Below, piece after piece: positions 35,947-44,534 of a DNA stretch of 64,000 nucleotides. A program made the translations under genes and the position numbers. The stretch comes from Luteimonas sp. Lineage in GTDB: Bacteria; Pseudomonadota; Gammaproteobacteria; Xanthomonadales; Xanthomonadaceae. Location: the NCBI GenBank assembly GCA_041905645.1, contig JAYRKR010000001.1, positions 23,311 to 87,310 on the forward strand. Direction: 5' to 3'. Each line of letters opens with the position of its first letter. The first letter of the stretch is position 1. The notes under the pieces are model-generated. The model saw only the letters and a program-made list of their open reading frames with translations, did not search any database and was not told where the DNA came from.

Positions 35947-36818
35947 ACGGACACGGCTCCTGCAACGTCCGGCGGCCTGCCGTCATAGAATTCTTCCAGC
36001 ACCGCCACGATGTCTTCGGCGAGGTCCACGCACGTGACCAGCTGCACGTCTTGCGGCGCGATGAAGCCTTCTTCCACGAGATAGTCGAAGTCCACGGCGC
36101 GGCGCCAGAACTCGCTGCCGACCAACACGACGGGGATGCGCGCCATCTTGCCGGTCTGCACCAGGGTCAACACCTCGAACAGCTCGTCGAGCGTGCCGAA
36201 GCCGCCGGGGAAGGCGACCAGCGCCCGCGCGCGCAGCAGGAAATGCATCTTCCGAAGGGCGAAATAGCGGAAGCGGAACGCAAGTTCGGGACTGATGAAA
36301 GGATTGGGCGCCTGCTCGTGCGGCAGCGTGATGTTGAGCCCGATCGAGCGCGCGCCGGCTTCGTACGCACCGAGGTTGGCCGCTTCCATGATGCCGGGAC
36401 CGCCGCCGGTTACGACAACGAAGTCGCGCCGCCCTTCGCGCTGGAAGCGGGACGAAATTATGTGCGAGAAGCGGCGCGCCTGTTCGTAGTCTCGCGCATG
36501 CGCGAGCCGGCGTTTGGCCAGTGCGAGCTCCGCGACAGCTCCCGGACCGCGCGGCGTCTCCATGGCACGGCAGCGGGCCTGTGTCAGCTGCGTCTGCGCC
36601 TGCTCCGGCGACGGGGTACGCGCGCTGCCGAACACCACCACTGTGGAGCGGATGCCGTGCGCGCGCAATTCATGTTCGGCCTTGAGCATCTCCAGCTGCA
36701 GGCGCAGCGGACGCAGGTCCTCGCCGGAGAGAAACTCGACATCCTCGCTCGCAAGTCGATACGCCGGCCCGCGCATGATGGCTTGCTGCAGTTCCTGTCG
36801 GCGCCCGTTATCGATCAT
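35943..36818 (-). CDS. LOG / TIGR00730-family Rossmann-fold nucleotide-binding protein
   Basis: VVTGGGPGIMEAAN and AFPGGFGTLDELFE (PGGxGTxxE) motifs. 291 aa. The start overlaps the beta-CASP stop (ATGA). Confidence 0.85.
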   Translation of the reverse strand: MIDNGRRQELQQAIMRGPAYRLASEDVEFLSGEDLRPLRLQLEMLKAEHELRAHGIRSTVVVFGSARTPSPEQAQTQLTQARCRAMETPRGPGAVAELALAKRRLAHARDYEQARRFSHIISSRFQREGRRDFVVVTGGGPGIMEAANLGAYEAGARSIGLNITLPHEQAPNPFISPELAFRFRYFALRKMHFLLRARALVAFPGGFGTLDELFEVLTLVQTGKMARIPVVLVGSEFWRRAVDFDYLVEEGFIAPQDVQLVTCVDLAEDIVAVLEEFYDGRPPDVAGAVSV

Positions 36819-38248
36819 GCCGAGGCGCTCCTGCCGGCGCCGTTCCATCGCACGCGCTGGCCCGGCTCCGGCACGGCCACCCGCCAGCCGCGATCGACGC
36901 GCAGCCGCTCGGCGAACGCCAGCGCCGATCCGGCCTCGCCGTGCACCACGAAGGTCTGCTGCGGCGGACGTTTGAAGCCCGCCGTCCAGGCGAGCAAGGC
37001 GGGCAGGTCGGCGTGCGCGGACAGCCCGCCCGAAGCGTGGATCGCGGCGCGCACGGGAATGTCGTCGCCGAAGATACGCACGCGCTTGGCGCCGTCGAGA
37101 AGCCTGCGACCCAAGGTGCCCTGGGCCTGGAAACCGGTCATCAGCACGCTGCACTCGCGCCGTCCCAGGTTGTGCCGCAAGTGATGTTTGATGCGGCCGG
37201 CATCACACATACCGCTGGCCGAGATGATGAAGGCACCCGAGCGCACCCGGTTGAGCTGCATCGACTCCTCCACGCTCTCCACGAACCGCAGGTAGGGGAT
37301 GTCGCGGCCGACAGCGTGCCAGTCCTTCAGCCGACGCGCCGCCTGGTCGAATAGTTCCAGGTGCTGCATGGTGATCTGCGACGCCCTGCTGGCCATCGGA
37401 GAGTCGACGAAGATCTTCAGGCCGCGCAGCCGGCCTTCGCAGGTCAGGCGGTGGAGGTGATAGATGACTTCTTGGGTGCGGCCCACGGCGAACGCCGGTG
37501 CGATCACGTTGCCGCCCTGCTCGTGCAGGGTACGCTCGACCACCTGGATGAGGTCGGCCTGCGTCGCAGCCAGATCCTTGTGGGTGCGGTCGCCGTAGGT
37601 CGACTCGATCACCAGGATGTCGGCATCCTCGATGAGCGTTGGATCGCGCAGGATCGGCCTGCCGGGCTGGCCCAGATCACCGCTGAACACGAGCTTGGTC
37701 GTCCGCCCGGCCTCGGCTACCCAGACTTCGAGCAAGGCCGATCCGAGGATGTGCCCGGCATCGCGGAAACGGCAGCGCACGTCCGAGTGCGGCCGGAGCT
37801 CCTGGTCATAGGCAGCGGCCTGTACCTGCCGCAGACAGTCCTTCGCGTCCTGCACGGTGTACAGCGGCGTCCCGGTCGCCGACTTGTCGCGCGCCTTTTT
37901 TTTTCTGACCCGGCGCTGCGCACGCGCGGCGTTGGTTTCCTGGATATGGCCGCTGTCGGGCAGCATCACCTGCAGCAGGTCCGCGGTCGCGGCGGTGGCG
38001 TGGATCGGGCCCCGGAATCCCGCGTTCGTCAGCTTCGGCAGCAGACCGCTGTGATCAATGTGGGCGTGCGTCAGAAGCACGAAATCGATCGTTCGTGGAT
38101 CGAACGCGAATGGTGCGCGATTGCGTGCCGGAGCTTCCCGCCCGCCCTGGATCATGCCGCAGTCCACCAGGAAGCGGACAGCATCGGTCTCGACCAGAAA
38201 GCATGAACCGGTGACTTCGCGCGCTGCACCGAGGAAGCTGATGTTCAT
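36815..38248 (-). CDS. MBL-fold beta-CASP hydrolase, copy 2
   Basis: MNISFLGAAREVTGSCFLVE...LVDCGMIQGG...LLTHAHIDHSGLLPKL...SAHAD...VVHGE. 477 aa. The start overlaps the upstream membrane-protein stop (ATGA). Confidence 0.85.
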   Translation of the reverse strand: MNISFLGAAREVTGSCFLVETDAVRFLVDCGMIQGGREAPARNRAPFAFDPRTIDFVLLTHAHIDHSGLLPKLTNAGFRGPIHATAATADLLQVMLPDSGHIQETNAARAQRRVRKKKARDKSATGTPLYTVQDAKDCLRQVQAAAYDQELRPHSDVRCRFRDAGHILGSALLEVWVAEAGRTTKLVFSGDLGQPGRPILRDPTLIEDADILVIESTYGDRTHKDLAATQADLIQVVERTLHEQGGNVIAPAFAVGRTQEVIYHLHRLTCEGRLRGLKIFVDSPMASRASQITMQHLELFDQAARRLKDWHAVGRDIPYLRFVESVEESMQLNRVRSGAFIISASGMCDAGRIKHHLRHNLGRRECSVLMTGFQAQGTLGRRLLDGAKRVRIFGDDIPVRAAIHASGGLSAHADLPALLAWTAGFKRPPQQTFVVHGEAGSALAFAERLRVDRGWRVAVPEPGQRVRWNGAGRSASA

Positions 38249-38691
38249 CGACGCCGCCTCGCATCGGAATCCATTGTTCGCGCGTTGCATACATGCCGCT
38301 CCCGGAGCCGCCAGGCACCGATGGCCGCGATCGCAATCCACACCGCACTGCGCAGGGTCATGGCGATGAGCGTGCGTTGTTCGTAGGCGCCACCAGTGCC
38401 TACATGCACGGCAAAAGCCGTGAATGCAGCCAGCGTCCCCGCGGCGATGGCGACGGCCATCCACACGGCCCAGCGCTGCTGCAACCAGAGCCCGGCGCCT
38501 GCAAGGACGTAAGCGAAACCGGCGAGAAAATTGAACCAGAGCACGAACGGAACATAGTTTCCGGCCGCGGCACGCGCCGCCCCGTCATGAAACAGGACTG
38601 CGCCGCCTTCCTTGATGGTCAGTACGCCAAAACCCACGGCGACCAGGGAAATCGCCCATACCCAGAAATCACGATGCGTGCGAGTTTTCAT
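38245..38691 (-). CDS. Hypothetical integral membrane protein (about 4 TM)
   Basis: 148 aa with hydrophobic segments. AAGGA SD. Lies 23 nt downstream of the EncFtn-like gene. No family recognised. Confidence 0.6.
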   Translation of the reverse strand: MKTRTHRDFWVWAISLVAVGFGVLTIKEGGAVLFHDGAARAAAGNYVPFVLWFNFLAGFAYVLAGAGLWLQQRWAVWMAVAIAAGTLAAFTAFAVHVGTGGAYEQRTLIAMTLRSAVWIAIAAIGAWRLRERHVCNARTMDSDARRRR

Positions 38692-38714
38692 GATCGGTCC
38701 TTGCCTGTATCCGC

Positions 38715-39002
38715 TCAGTCATGCGAGATCGGTTTGTCTGTGAACAGGTAATCCTTCAGCTGCCGCGAAAACGTCGGATCCCGGCGCCGGATCCATTCGA
38801 GCAGCATGGCGGCGTGCTCCTTCTCCTCGTCGCGGTTATGCGCGAGGATGGCCTTCAGCGATTCGTCGGCGCAGGCGTCGCGTCGCTGGTTGTACCAGTC
38901 GACCGCCTCCAGCTCTTCCATCAGCGAGACGATCGCGCGATGCATGTCGCGGGTCTCGGTCGAAAGGTCGTCGACGGGCTCGTGGTAGCCAATACTGGAC
39001 AT
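38715..39002 (-). CDS. Encapsulated-ferritin-like (EncFtn family) protein lacking a C-terminal targeting peptide
   Basis: HEPVDDLSTETRDMHRAIVSLMEELEAVDWYNQRRDACADESLKAILAHNRDEEKEHAAMLLEWIRRRD...YLFT closely mirrors the Rhodospirillum rubrum EncFtn core as I recall it. The protein ends right after the core. Confidence 0.75.
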   Translation of the reverse strand: MSSIGYHEPVDDLSTETRDMHRAIVSLMEELEAVDWYNQRRDACADESLKAILAHNRDEEKEHAAMLLEWIRRRDPTFSRQLKDYLFTDKPISHD

Positions 39003-39091
39003 CTGCTTGCTCCTTCGTTCGAGAAAAGTGGAAAACTTGCGATTGGACAACGCGCATCGCGGCGCCGACTTCGAAAAAAGCGGCGATCCGG

Positions 39092-39706
39092 TCAGGCGTC
39101 ACGGCGCGCTTCGATGCCGCGGCGATAAATGTCGAAGACCCGTGCTGCATCGCTGTGCATGCGCTTGACGTCGCCGGCCAGCAGCGACTGCATGACCAGT
39201 CCCTGGATCGTGCCGATGAAAAGAATCACGGCGGCGTCTCTATCGAGCTCGGCGGACAGTTCGCCGCGCGCCTTGCCCGCCTCCATCAGCCGAAGCAGGC
39301 GCTGGCCGTAGCGCTCGATCAAGGTCTGGGCCATGCGTTTGGCGGCGGTTGGTTCGGCCCGCTGCAGCTCGCCGAACATCATCCGCGGCACGCCTGGGTG
39401 TTCGGCCACGAACTCGACGTGGGTCATGAACATCGCCCGCAGTGCCGCCAGCGGCGAGTCGACGCCCTCGGCGGCACGATCGACCCGGGCCAGCAGGCGC
39501 TCGGCCACCCACTCCATGACCGCCTGCCAGATCGCGTCCTTGCTCGGAAAATGGCGGAACAGCGCGCCCTGCGTCAGATGCATGTGCTCGGCGATGGCTG
39601 CCGTGGTGATGTCGTTCGGATTCCGGGTGGCGGCCAGCTCGACCACCGCCTCCACGGTCACCGCGCGTCGCTGCTCGGCCGGCAGGTTCTTGGGACGAAC
39701 AGTCAT
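39092..39706 (-). CDS. TetR/AcrR-family transcriptional regulator
   Basis: The N-terminal HTH ITTAAIAEHMHLTQGALFRHFPSKDAIW is typical of TetR. 204 aa. Confidence 0.9.
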   Translation of the reverse strand: MTVRPKNLPAEQRRAVTVEAVVELAATRNPNDITTAAIAEHMHLTQGALFRHFPSKDAIWQAVMEWVAERLLARVDRAAEGVDSPLAALRAMFMTHVEFVAEHPGVPRMMFGELQRAEPTAAKRMAQTLIERYGQRLLRLMEAGKARGELSAELDRDAAVILFIGTIQGLVMQSLLAGDVKRMHSDAARVFDIYRRGIEARRDA

Positions 39707-39720
39707 GACTACCCCTAATG

Positions 39721-39738
39721 ATAGTAATTGATTACTAT
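39721..39738. promoter_or_regulatory. AT-rich inverted repeat ATAGTAAT-TG-ATTACTAT (candidate TetR operator)
   Basis: 8-bp perfect arms with a 2-bp spacer, 15 nt upstream of the TetR ATG, in a strongly AT-rich patch of a GC-rich genome. Confidence 0.5.
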
Positions 39739-39750
39739 CTTGAAGAGCTG

Positions 39751-39765
39751 TTGCAGAAAATGCAA
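39751..39765. promoter_or_regulatory. Second inverted repeat TTGCA-GAAAA-TGCAA
   Basis: 5-bp arms with a 5-nt spacer, in the divergent TetR / response-regulator intergenic region. Confidence 0.3.
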
Positions 39766-39923
39766 GGTCCGCTGCTCCTGTGTCGCCAATGAGCCTGCCG
39801 AGCAGACCTAAGCCTGGGCAAAGCTTGCCGCCGCATCCTGTTGCGATGAAGCTGCACAGACAAGCCGATGCGCGCGATTCGGCCGGGCTTTCCCGACCGG
39901 ACGACCATCTGGAGATCCAAGGT

Positions 39924-40589
39924 ATGCGTCTGCTGATCGTCGAGGATTCGCCCACGCTGGCCGACGCACTGAAGGCCAGCCTGTCGCGCGAGGGTTACAG
40001 CTGCGACCATGCCGCAGATGGCGTCGACGCGGCCGCTTTTCTGAACCTGCACGATTACGATCTGGTGGTGCTGGACTGGATGCTGCCGCGCCGCGAGGGC
40101 ATCGACGTGCTGCGCGAGCTGCGCCGCAAGGGTGGCCGTGCACGTGTGCTGATGCTGTCAGCGCGCGACCAAGTCGGCGACCGCGTGGCCGCGCTGGACG
40201 CCGGTGCCGACGACTACATCGTCAAGCCATTTGCCTTGAACGAGCTGCTCGCGCGGCTGCGCGCGCTGGTACGCAGGCCGCGGGAATCGGGCGACGCCCA
40301 ACTGCGCTATGGTGAACTCGGTATCGACCTGCACGCGCGACGCGCGCGCTGGCGGGGGCAGGACCTGATGCTGACGCCAAAGGAATACGCGCTGCTGGAA
40401 TTGCTGATGCGCGAGCGGGGGCGGGTGTTGTCGCGGCCGCAGATCTTCGAACGCCTCTACGACAGCGCCAGCGAGGCTTCGGACAAGGTGGTCGAGGTGA
40501 TCGTGAGCACGCTGCGCACCAAGCTGGCCAACGCCGGCGCGCCGGACCTGATCGATACCCGGCGCGGATTCGGCTATGTCCTGGACTGA
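39924..40589 (+). CDS. OmpR-family response regulator
   Basis: MRLLIVEDS...DLVVLDWMLP receiver domain plus a winged-helix C-terminus (RGFGYVL). 221 aa. Confidence 0.9.
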   Translation: MRLLIVEDSPTLADALKASLSREGYSCDHAADGVDAAAFLNLHDYDLVVLDWMLPRREGIDVLRELRRKGGRARVLMLSARDQVGDRVAALDAGADDYIVKPFALNELLARLRALVRRPRESGDAQLRYGELGIDLHARRARWRGQDLMLTPKEYALLELLMRERGRVLSRPQIFERLYDSASEASDKVVEVIVSTLRTKLANAGAPDLIDTRRGFGYVLD

Positions 40590-41973
40590 GCGGCCGACAT
40601 CGCCGCCGGAACGCGGCTGGTCCCTGCAGCGGCGGCTGATGTGGCGGCTGGCGCTGGCCATCGGCCTGCTGCTGGGTGGGCTGTTCGTGGTGTTCGACGT
40701 CATGGTGGATCGGGCGATGTATGCGCACCTCGACCAGTTCCTGGCGGCGCGTGCGCAGGCCTTCGCAGGACAGATCGCCGGACACGATCCGGAGCAGTTG
40801 CGCAAGCTGCTGCCCGCCTACGATCTGGCCGGCCATGCCGAGTTCTTCGCCCTGTTCGATGCCGACGGCAGGCTGCTGCTGGCCTCGGTCAACAGCGCGA
40901 AGCGCACGCTGTCGCTGCCGACAGCGGTCGGATCACCGCATTTTTACGATACGCAACTGCCCGACGGCCATCGCGGACGCGCCGTGGCCCTGCGTCTGCA
41001 GCAAAATCGAACCCGCGGCTGGCGGCTGGTGTTGGCGACCGAGCGCGAGAGCTGGGACCGCACCGAACGGACGCTGCACGGCGTGCTGCTCGGCGGCATC
41101 GTGCTGGCCATCGTGCTGGCCGTCCTGCTTTGCGTGTGGCTGTTGCGACAGGCCTTCTCGGGCATGCGTGCCGAAGGCGAGCGGCTGAGCGGGCTGCACG
41201 GCGGTGAGGATGCCTCGCTCGCCACCGAACATCTGCCGCGCGAACTGCGGCCTTACGCCGTGGCGGTGCGCGATGCGCTGCAGCGGCTGATGAACGCCGC
41301 CGAGCGCGAACGCCGCCTCTCGCGCGACGTCGCCCACGAAATGCGCACGCCGCTGGCCGAGATCCGCGCCAGCGCCGAGCACGCGCTCGACGCCGACGAT
41401 CCCCCCGCGCTGCGCACCGGACTGCACGCCGCGCTTGCCGCCAACGCGCGCATGGAGCGCGGGATCCAGGCCTTGCTGGCGCTGGCGCGCTTCGAATCCG
41501 GGCAGGTCACGCCCGCGCCCGACCCTCTGGACCTGGTGTCGCTGCTGCGCCAGCAGGTGCGCGGGCTGGCACAGGCCGAGGGCTTCGATGCCGGCCGGCG
41601 CTTCGTCATGGACCTGCCGCCTGCGGTCTGGATCCACAGCGATGTCGGCATGCTTGAGCGCATCCTCACCAACTTGCTGCACAACGCGCACGAATACGGC
41701 AGCGCAGAGGCGCCGGTCCGGGTGTGGATCGAAACGCAGGATGGTGCGCACACGCTGTGCATCCGCAACGACGCGCCCGGCCTCGACGCGGACGATGTCG
41801 TCCGTTTCGGCGAGCGCTACTGGCGCGGTCGCGGCGAGGACGCCGATGCCGGCCACGCCGGCCTCGGCCTGGCGCTGGCCACGGCCATGGCCGAGGCGCT
41901 GGGGCTGAGACTCGGCTTCGCGCTGGAGCGCGACGCGGTGGTGGCGCGGCTGGGGCCGTTCGCGGCGCTTTGA
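40576..41973 (+). CDS. Sensor histidine kinase (two TM, HisKA + HATPase_c)
   Basis: H-box SRDVAHEMRTPLAEI. N/G boxes (LLHNAHEYG, GLGLALA). Overlaps the regulator gene by 14 nt. Confidence 0.9.
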   Translation: MSWTERPTSPPERGWSLQRRLMWRLALAIGLLLGGLFVVFDVMVDRAMYAHLDQFLAARAQAFAGQIAGHDPEQLRKLLPAYDLAGHAEFFALFDADGRLLLASVNSAKRTLSLPTAVGSPHFYDTQLPDGHRGRAVALRLQQNRTRGWRLVLATERESWDRTERTLHGVLLGGIVLAIVLAVLLCVWLLRQAFSGMRAEGERLSGLHGGEDASLATEHLPRELRPYAVAVRDALQRLMNAAERERRLSRDVAHEMRTPLAEIRASAEHALDADDPPALRTGLHAALAANARMERGIQALLALARFESGQVTPAPDPLDLVSLLRQQVRGLAQAEGFDAGRRFVMDLPPAVWIHSDVGMLERILTNLLHNAHEYGSAEAPVRVWIETQDGAHTLCIRNDAPGLDADDVVRFGERYWRGRGEDADAGHAGLGLALATAMAEALGLRLGFALERDAVVARLGPFAAL

Positions 41974-42108
41974 TGTCCGCGGCGAGATCCGATCAAAGCG
42001 CTTATTGAGACTTTCTGAATCAAGTGACAAGTTCAGAACAGCTCCGCCTGCTTCCAGAACGCCGTCACCAACCTCGGTCGGCGCTGCATCGAGCACAACC
42101 GGCGCGGT

Positions 42109-43014
42109 TCATGCTTTCGCTCGCAGACGGTTCACCAACAGATCGTCCCGCAGAATTTCGTCCTTGAGCGCGATGAGTTCCTCAACATCCCAGTTGGCGC
42201 TCAGATACCGGCCTCTGGCCCAGTCTGCCTGGCCGGAACACAGCCACACGGCGAAGCACGCCGCCAAATGCGGATCGTCGACAAGATATTCGTGCATGTG
42301 ATCGGGCATGGCGCGTCCAAGCTCCGTCGCGACGCCGCCGGGGTGGATCGCAAAGCACTTGATGCCGTCTTCCCCGTGATCGTTCTGCACGAATTCGCAC
42401 AGGCGGTTGATGGCGTGTTTCGAGGTCTGATAGTCAGAGGCTCCCGGCATGACCAGTTGCGCGCCGATGGAGGACAGCAGGAGGAGATGACCGCCGCTGC
42501 GGCCTTCGACTGCCCGCTTTCGCGCGCTCTCGATCAGGCGGGGCAGGGTGAAGCGGATCACGTGATAGGCGCCCTGCACGTTCACCTGCCAGTTTCGCCA
42601 CCATCCTTCGGGGTCGCTTTCGCCGATCTTCACCCAGCGACCGAGGTAGCCGGCGTTCGCATCGGCCACATCGATGCTGCCGAACCGCGCCACGCAATCC
42701 GCGACGGCGGCCTCGACGTCCGTTGCGCGAGTGACATCGCAAACCGAATAGGCGCACTGCGTGTCCGGGTGGGCCGCCTTGACCAGGCTCTGCGTCTCCT
42801 TCAGCGCGTCCTCTGACCGAGCGGTCAGATAGACGGCCCCCGCGCCGGCTTCGGCGAAGGCAACGGCGGTGGCCTGCCCGATCCCGCGGGACGCCCCGGC
42901 GATGAAGATGACTTTGCCCGATGCGCTGCCCTTGAGCGCCGCGCTCGGATCGATTGCGTCGTAGCGGTCGTGGTGGACGGTCAGGTCGAGGAGCTGGGTT
43001 TGAATGGATGACAT
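42109..43014 (-). CDS. SDR-family oxidoreductase
   Basis: IAGASRGIGQA (GxxxGxG) and YQTSKHAI (YxxxK) motifs. 301 aa. Confidence 0.85.
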   Translation of the reverse strand: MSSIQTQLLDLTVHHDRYDAIDPSAALKGSASGKVIFIAGASRGIGQATAVAFAEAGAGAVYLTARSEDALKETQSLVKAAHPDTQCAYSVCDVTRATDVEAAVADCVARFGSIDVADANAGYLGRWVKIGESDPEGWWRNWQVNVQGAYHVIRFTLPRLIESARKRAVEGRSGGHLLLLSSIGAQLVMPGASDYQTSKHAINRLCEFVQNDHGEDGIKCFAIHPGGVATELGRAMPDHMHEYLVDDPHLAACFAVWLCSGQADWARGRYLSANWDVEELIALKDEILRDDLLVNRLRAKA

Positions 43015-43169
43015 TGCGATGCTCCCTGGTTGTTGGACGCAGAAATACGCGCGATGCCCGTCTTTTGCCTGCCACATCCTGCTAAAAAGCAGCCTATTCC
43101 TCCAGGCGAGTCCATTTCCCGCTGCGCCGGGTTTCCGCGTCTGATAGGGTCGAGGCAAAGGGAGTGCCT

Positions 43170-44072
43170 ATGAACCTTTCGCATCTCATCGACCTGTCCA
43201 CCCATTATGATGTTGAAAATAAGGGGAATACCTGCAAGCTGCCGTGTCTGTCCGTCTATCGCAGGCACGCGGAAAGTGATATCGAGGCCACGATCTACGA
43301 GCCCGTCATCTGCCTGATCCTGCAAGGCAGCAAAGTGGCAAGTTTCGGCGATCAGCGGGTGGACCTTCGCCCCGGCGATGCGCTGTTGGTCAGCCACGAC
43401 CTGCCTGTCGTGTCCCGGATCACCAAGGCGAGCGCGCGGACCCCTTATATCGCAGTGATCCTGTCGCTGGATCTCGGGCTTGTCCGCAGCCTTTGCGGTC
43501 TGGTGGTCGACGCGACCGCATCCGACGCCAGGGCAGGCCCGCTGTCAGCCGGACTTGCCGACCCTGCCTGGCTTGCACCACTGACCCGTTATTTCGAGAT
43601 GATGGACACCCCGCTGGACGCAAAGGTGCTTGGTCCTGCCACCTTGCGCGAAATCCACTACCGCCTGCTGATCTCTCCGATCGGAGGAATGCTGCGCCGT
43701 CTCCTATACGAAGACAGTCACGCCAGCCGGGTGGCAAAGGCCATCCAGACAGTCCGCGCCGAGCTCAGATCTCCGCTCAGCGTGCCTGAGCTTGCAAGAA
43801 CGGTCGGGATGAGCACGTCGTCCTTTCACCAGCACTTCAAGTCGATCACGGGCACGACGCCGCTGCAGTATCAAAAGGACCTGCGGCTGATCAAAGCCCG
43901 AGTCCTGATGGTGGAACAAGGCCGGACAGTGACCGAGGTCGCTTACACGGTGGGCTATGAGAGCCCGACACATTTCAGCCGCGACTACAGCCGCAAATTC
44001 GGCTTGCCCCCGAGCAGAGATGCCCGCCGCACAGTGTCCGCGTCACAAGAAGCGATGTCTGCGACTGCATGA
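43170..44072 (+). CDS. AraC-family transcriptional regulator (AraC_N-type sensing domain)
   Basis: C-terminal HTH_18 (LARTVGMSTSSFHQHFKSITGTTPLQYQKDLRL...GYESPTHFSRDY). ATG with GGAG 6 nt upstream. Divergent from the SDR gene. Confidence 0.9.
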   Translation: MNLSHLIDLSTHYDVENKGNTCKLPCLSVYRRHAESDIEATIYEPVICLILQGSKVASFGDQRVDLRPGDALLVSHDLPVVSRITKASARTPYIAVILSLDLGLVRSLCGLVVDATASDARAGPLSAGLADPAWLAPLTRYFEMMDTPLDAKVLGPATLREIHYRLLISPIGGMLRRLLYEDSHASRVAKAIQTVRAELRSPLSVPELARTVGMSTSSFHQHFKSITGTTPLQYQKDLRLIKARVLMVEQGRTVTEVAYTVGYESPTHFSRDYSRKFGLPPSRDARRTVSASQEAMSATA

Positions 44073-44534
44073 CGACTGCGCTGCGGCTCAAGCCGTCAGG
44101 GCGTATGACAGGCTTCCAGCGACGCGAAACCGGCCTCCTACATGCCAGTGACCATCGCGGCCGATGCGGTCGGCGACCAGCGCCTACGGCTGCGCGTCGC
44201 AGACTGCGATCGCGCCCTTGAACACGACCCGCTTGAGCACGAAGCTGGCCTGCGGCGTGGCGCTCGCTCTCGGCAGTTGCTGCGGGGCTGGCGAACCTGT
44301 ACGTGGCGCGCGCCCGGTTGGCGGGATAGGTGCGTCCAGCGGGCGCCCGGCGGGGCGAAAAAAGCCGCCGGAACCGCCCAACGGGGCTCGATACCGCCTT
44401 GATCGGATAAGCGACGTCGCTCGAACCAGATCAGCCGGTCACGAACATGTCGCGGCGACTTGATCAGCGTTGCCTTAAGGTCCGCGAAAGCTTGGTGAGT
44501 CAGTATCACTGCATCTCCTACCGGTGCATGAAAG

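Noticed and set aside
39037-39050. Weak FNR-like site TTGCGATTGGACAA upstream of the EncFtn-like gene
   Set aside because: Only the outer TTG/CAA positions match. The -41.5 geometry would also place the TSS on the start codon.
42013-42038. AT-rich hairpin TTCTGAA-N12-TTCAGAA between the convergent kinase and SDR genes
   Set aside because: It has a short 7-bp stem, a large loop and no U-tract on either strand, so it cannot be called a terminator or operator with any confidence.
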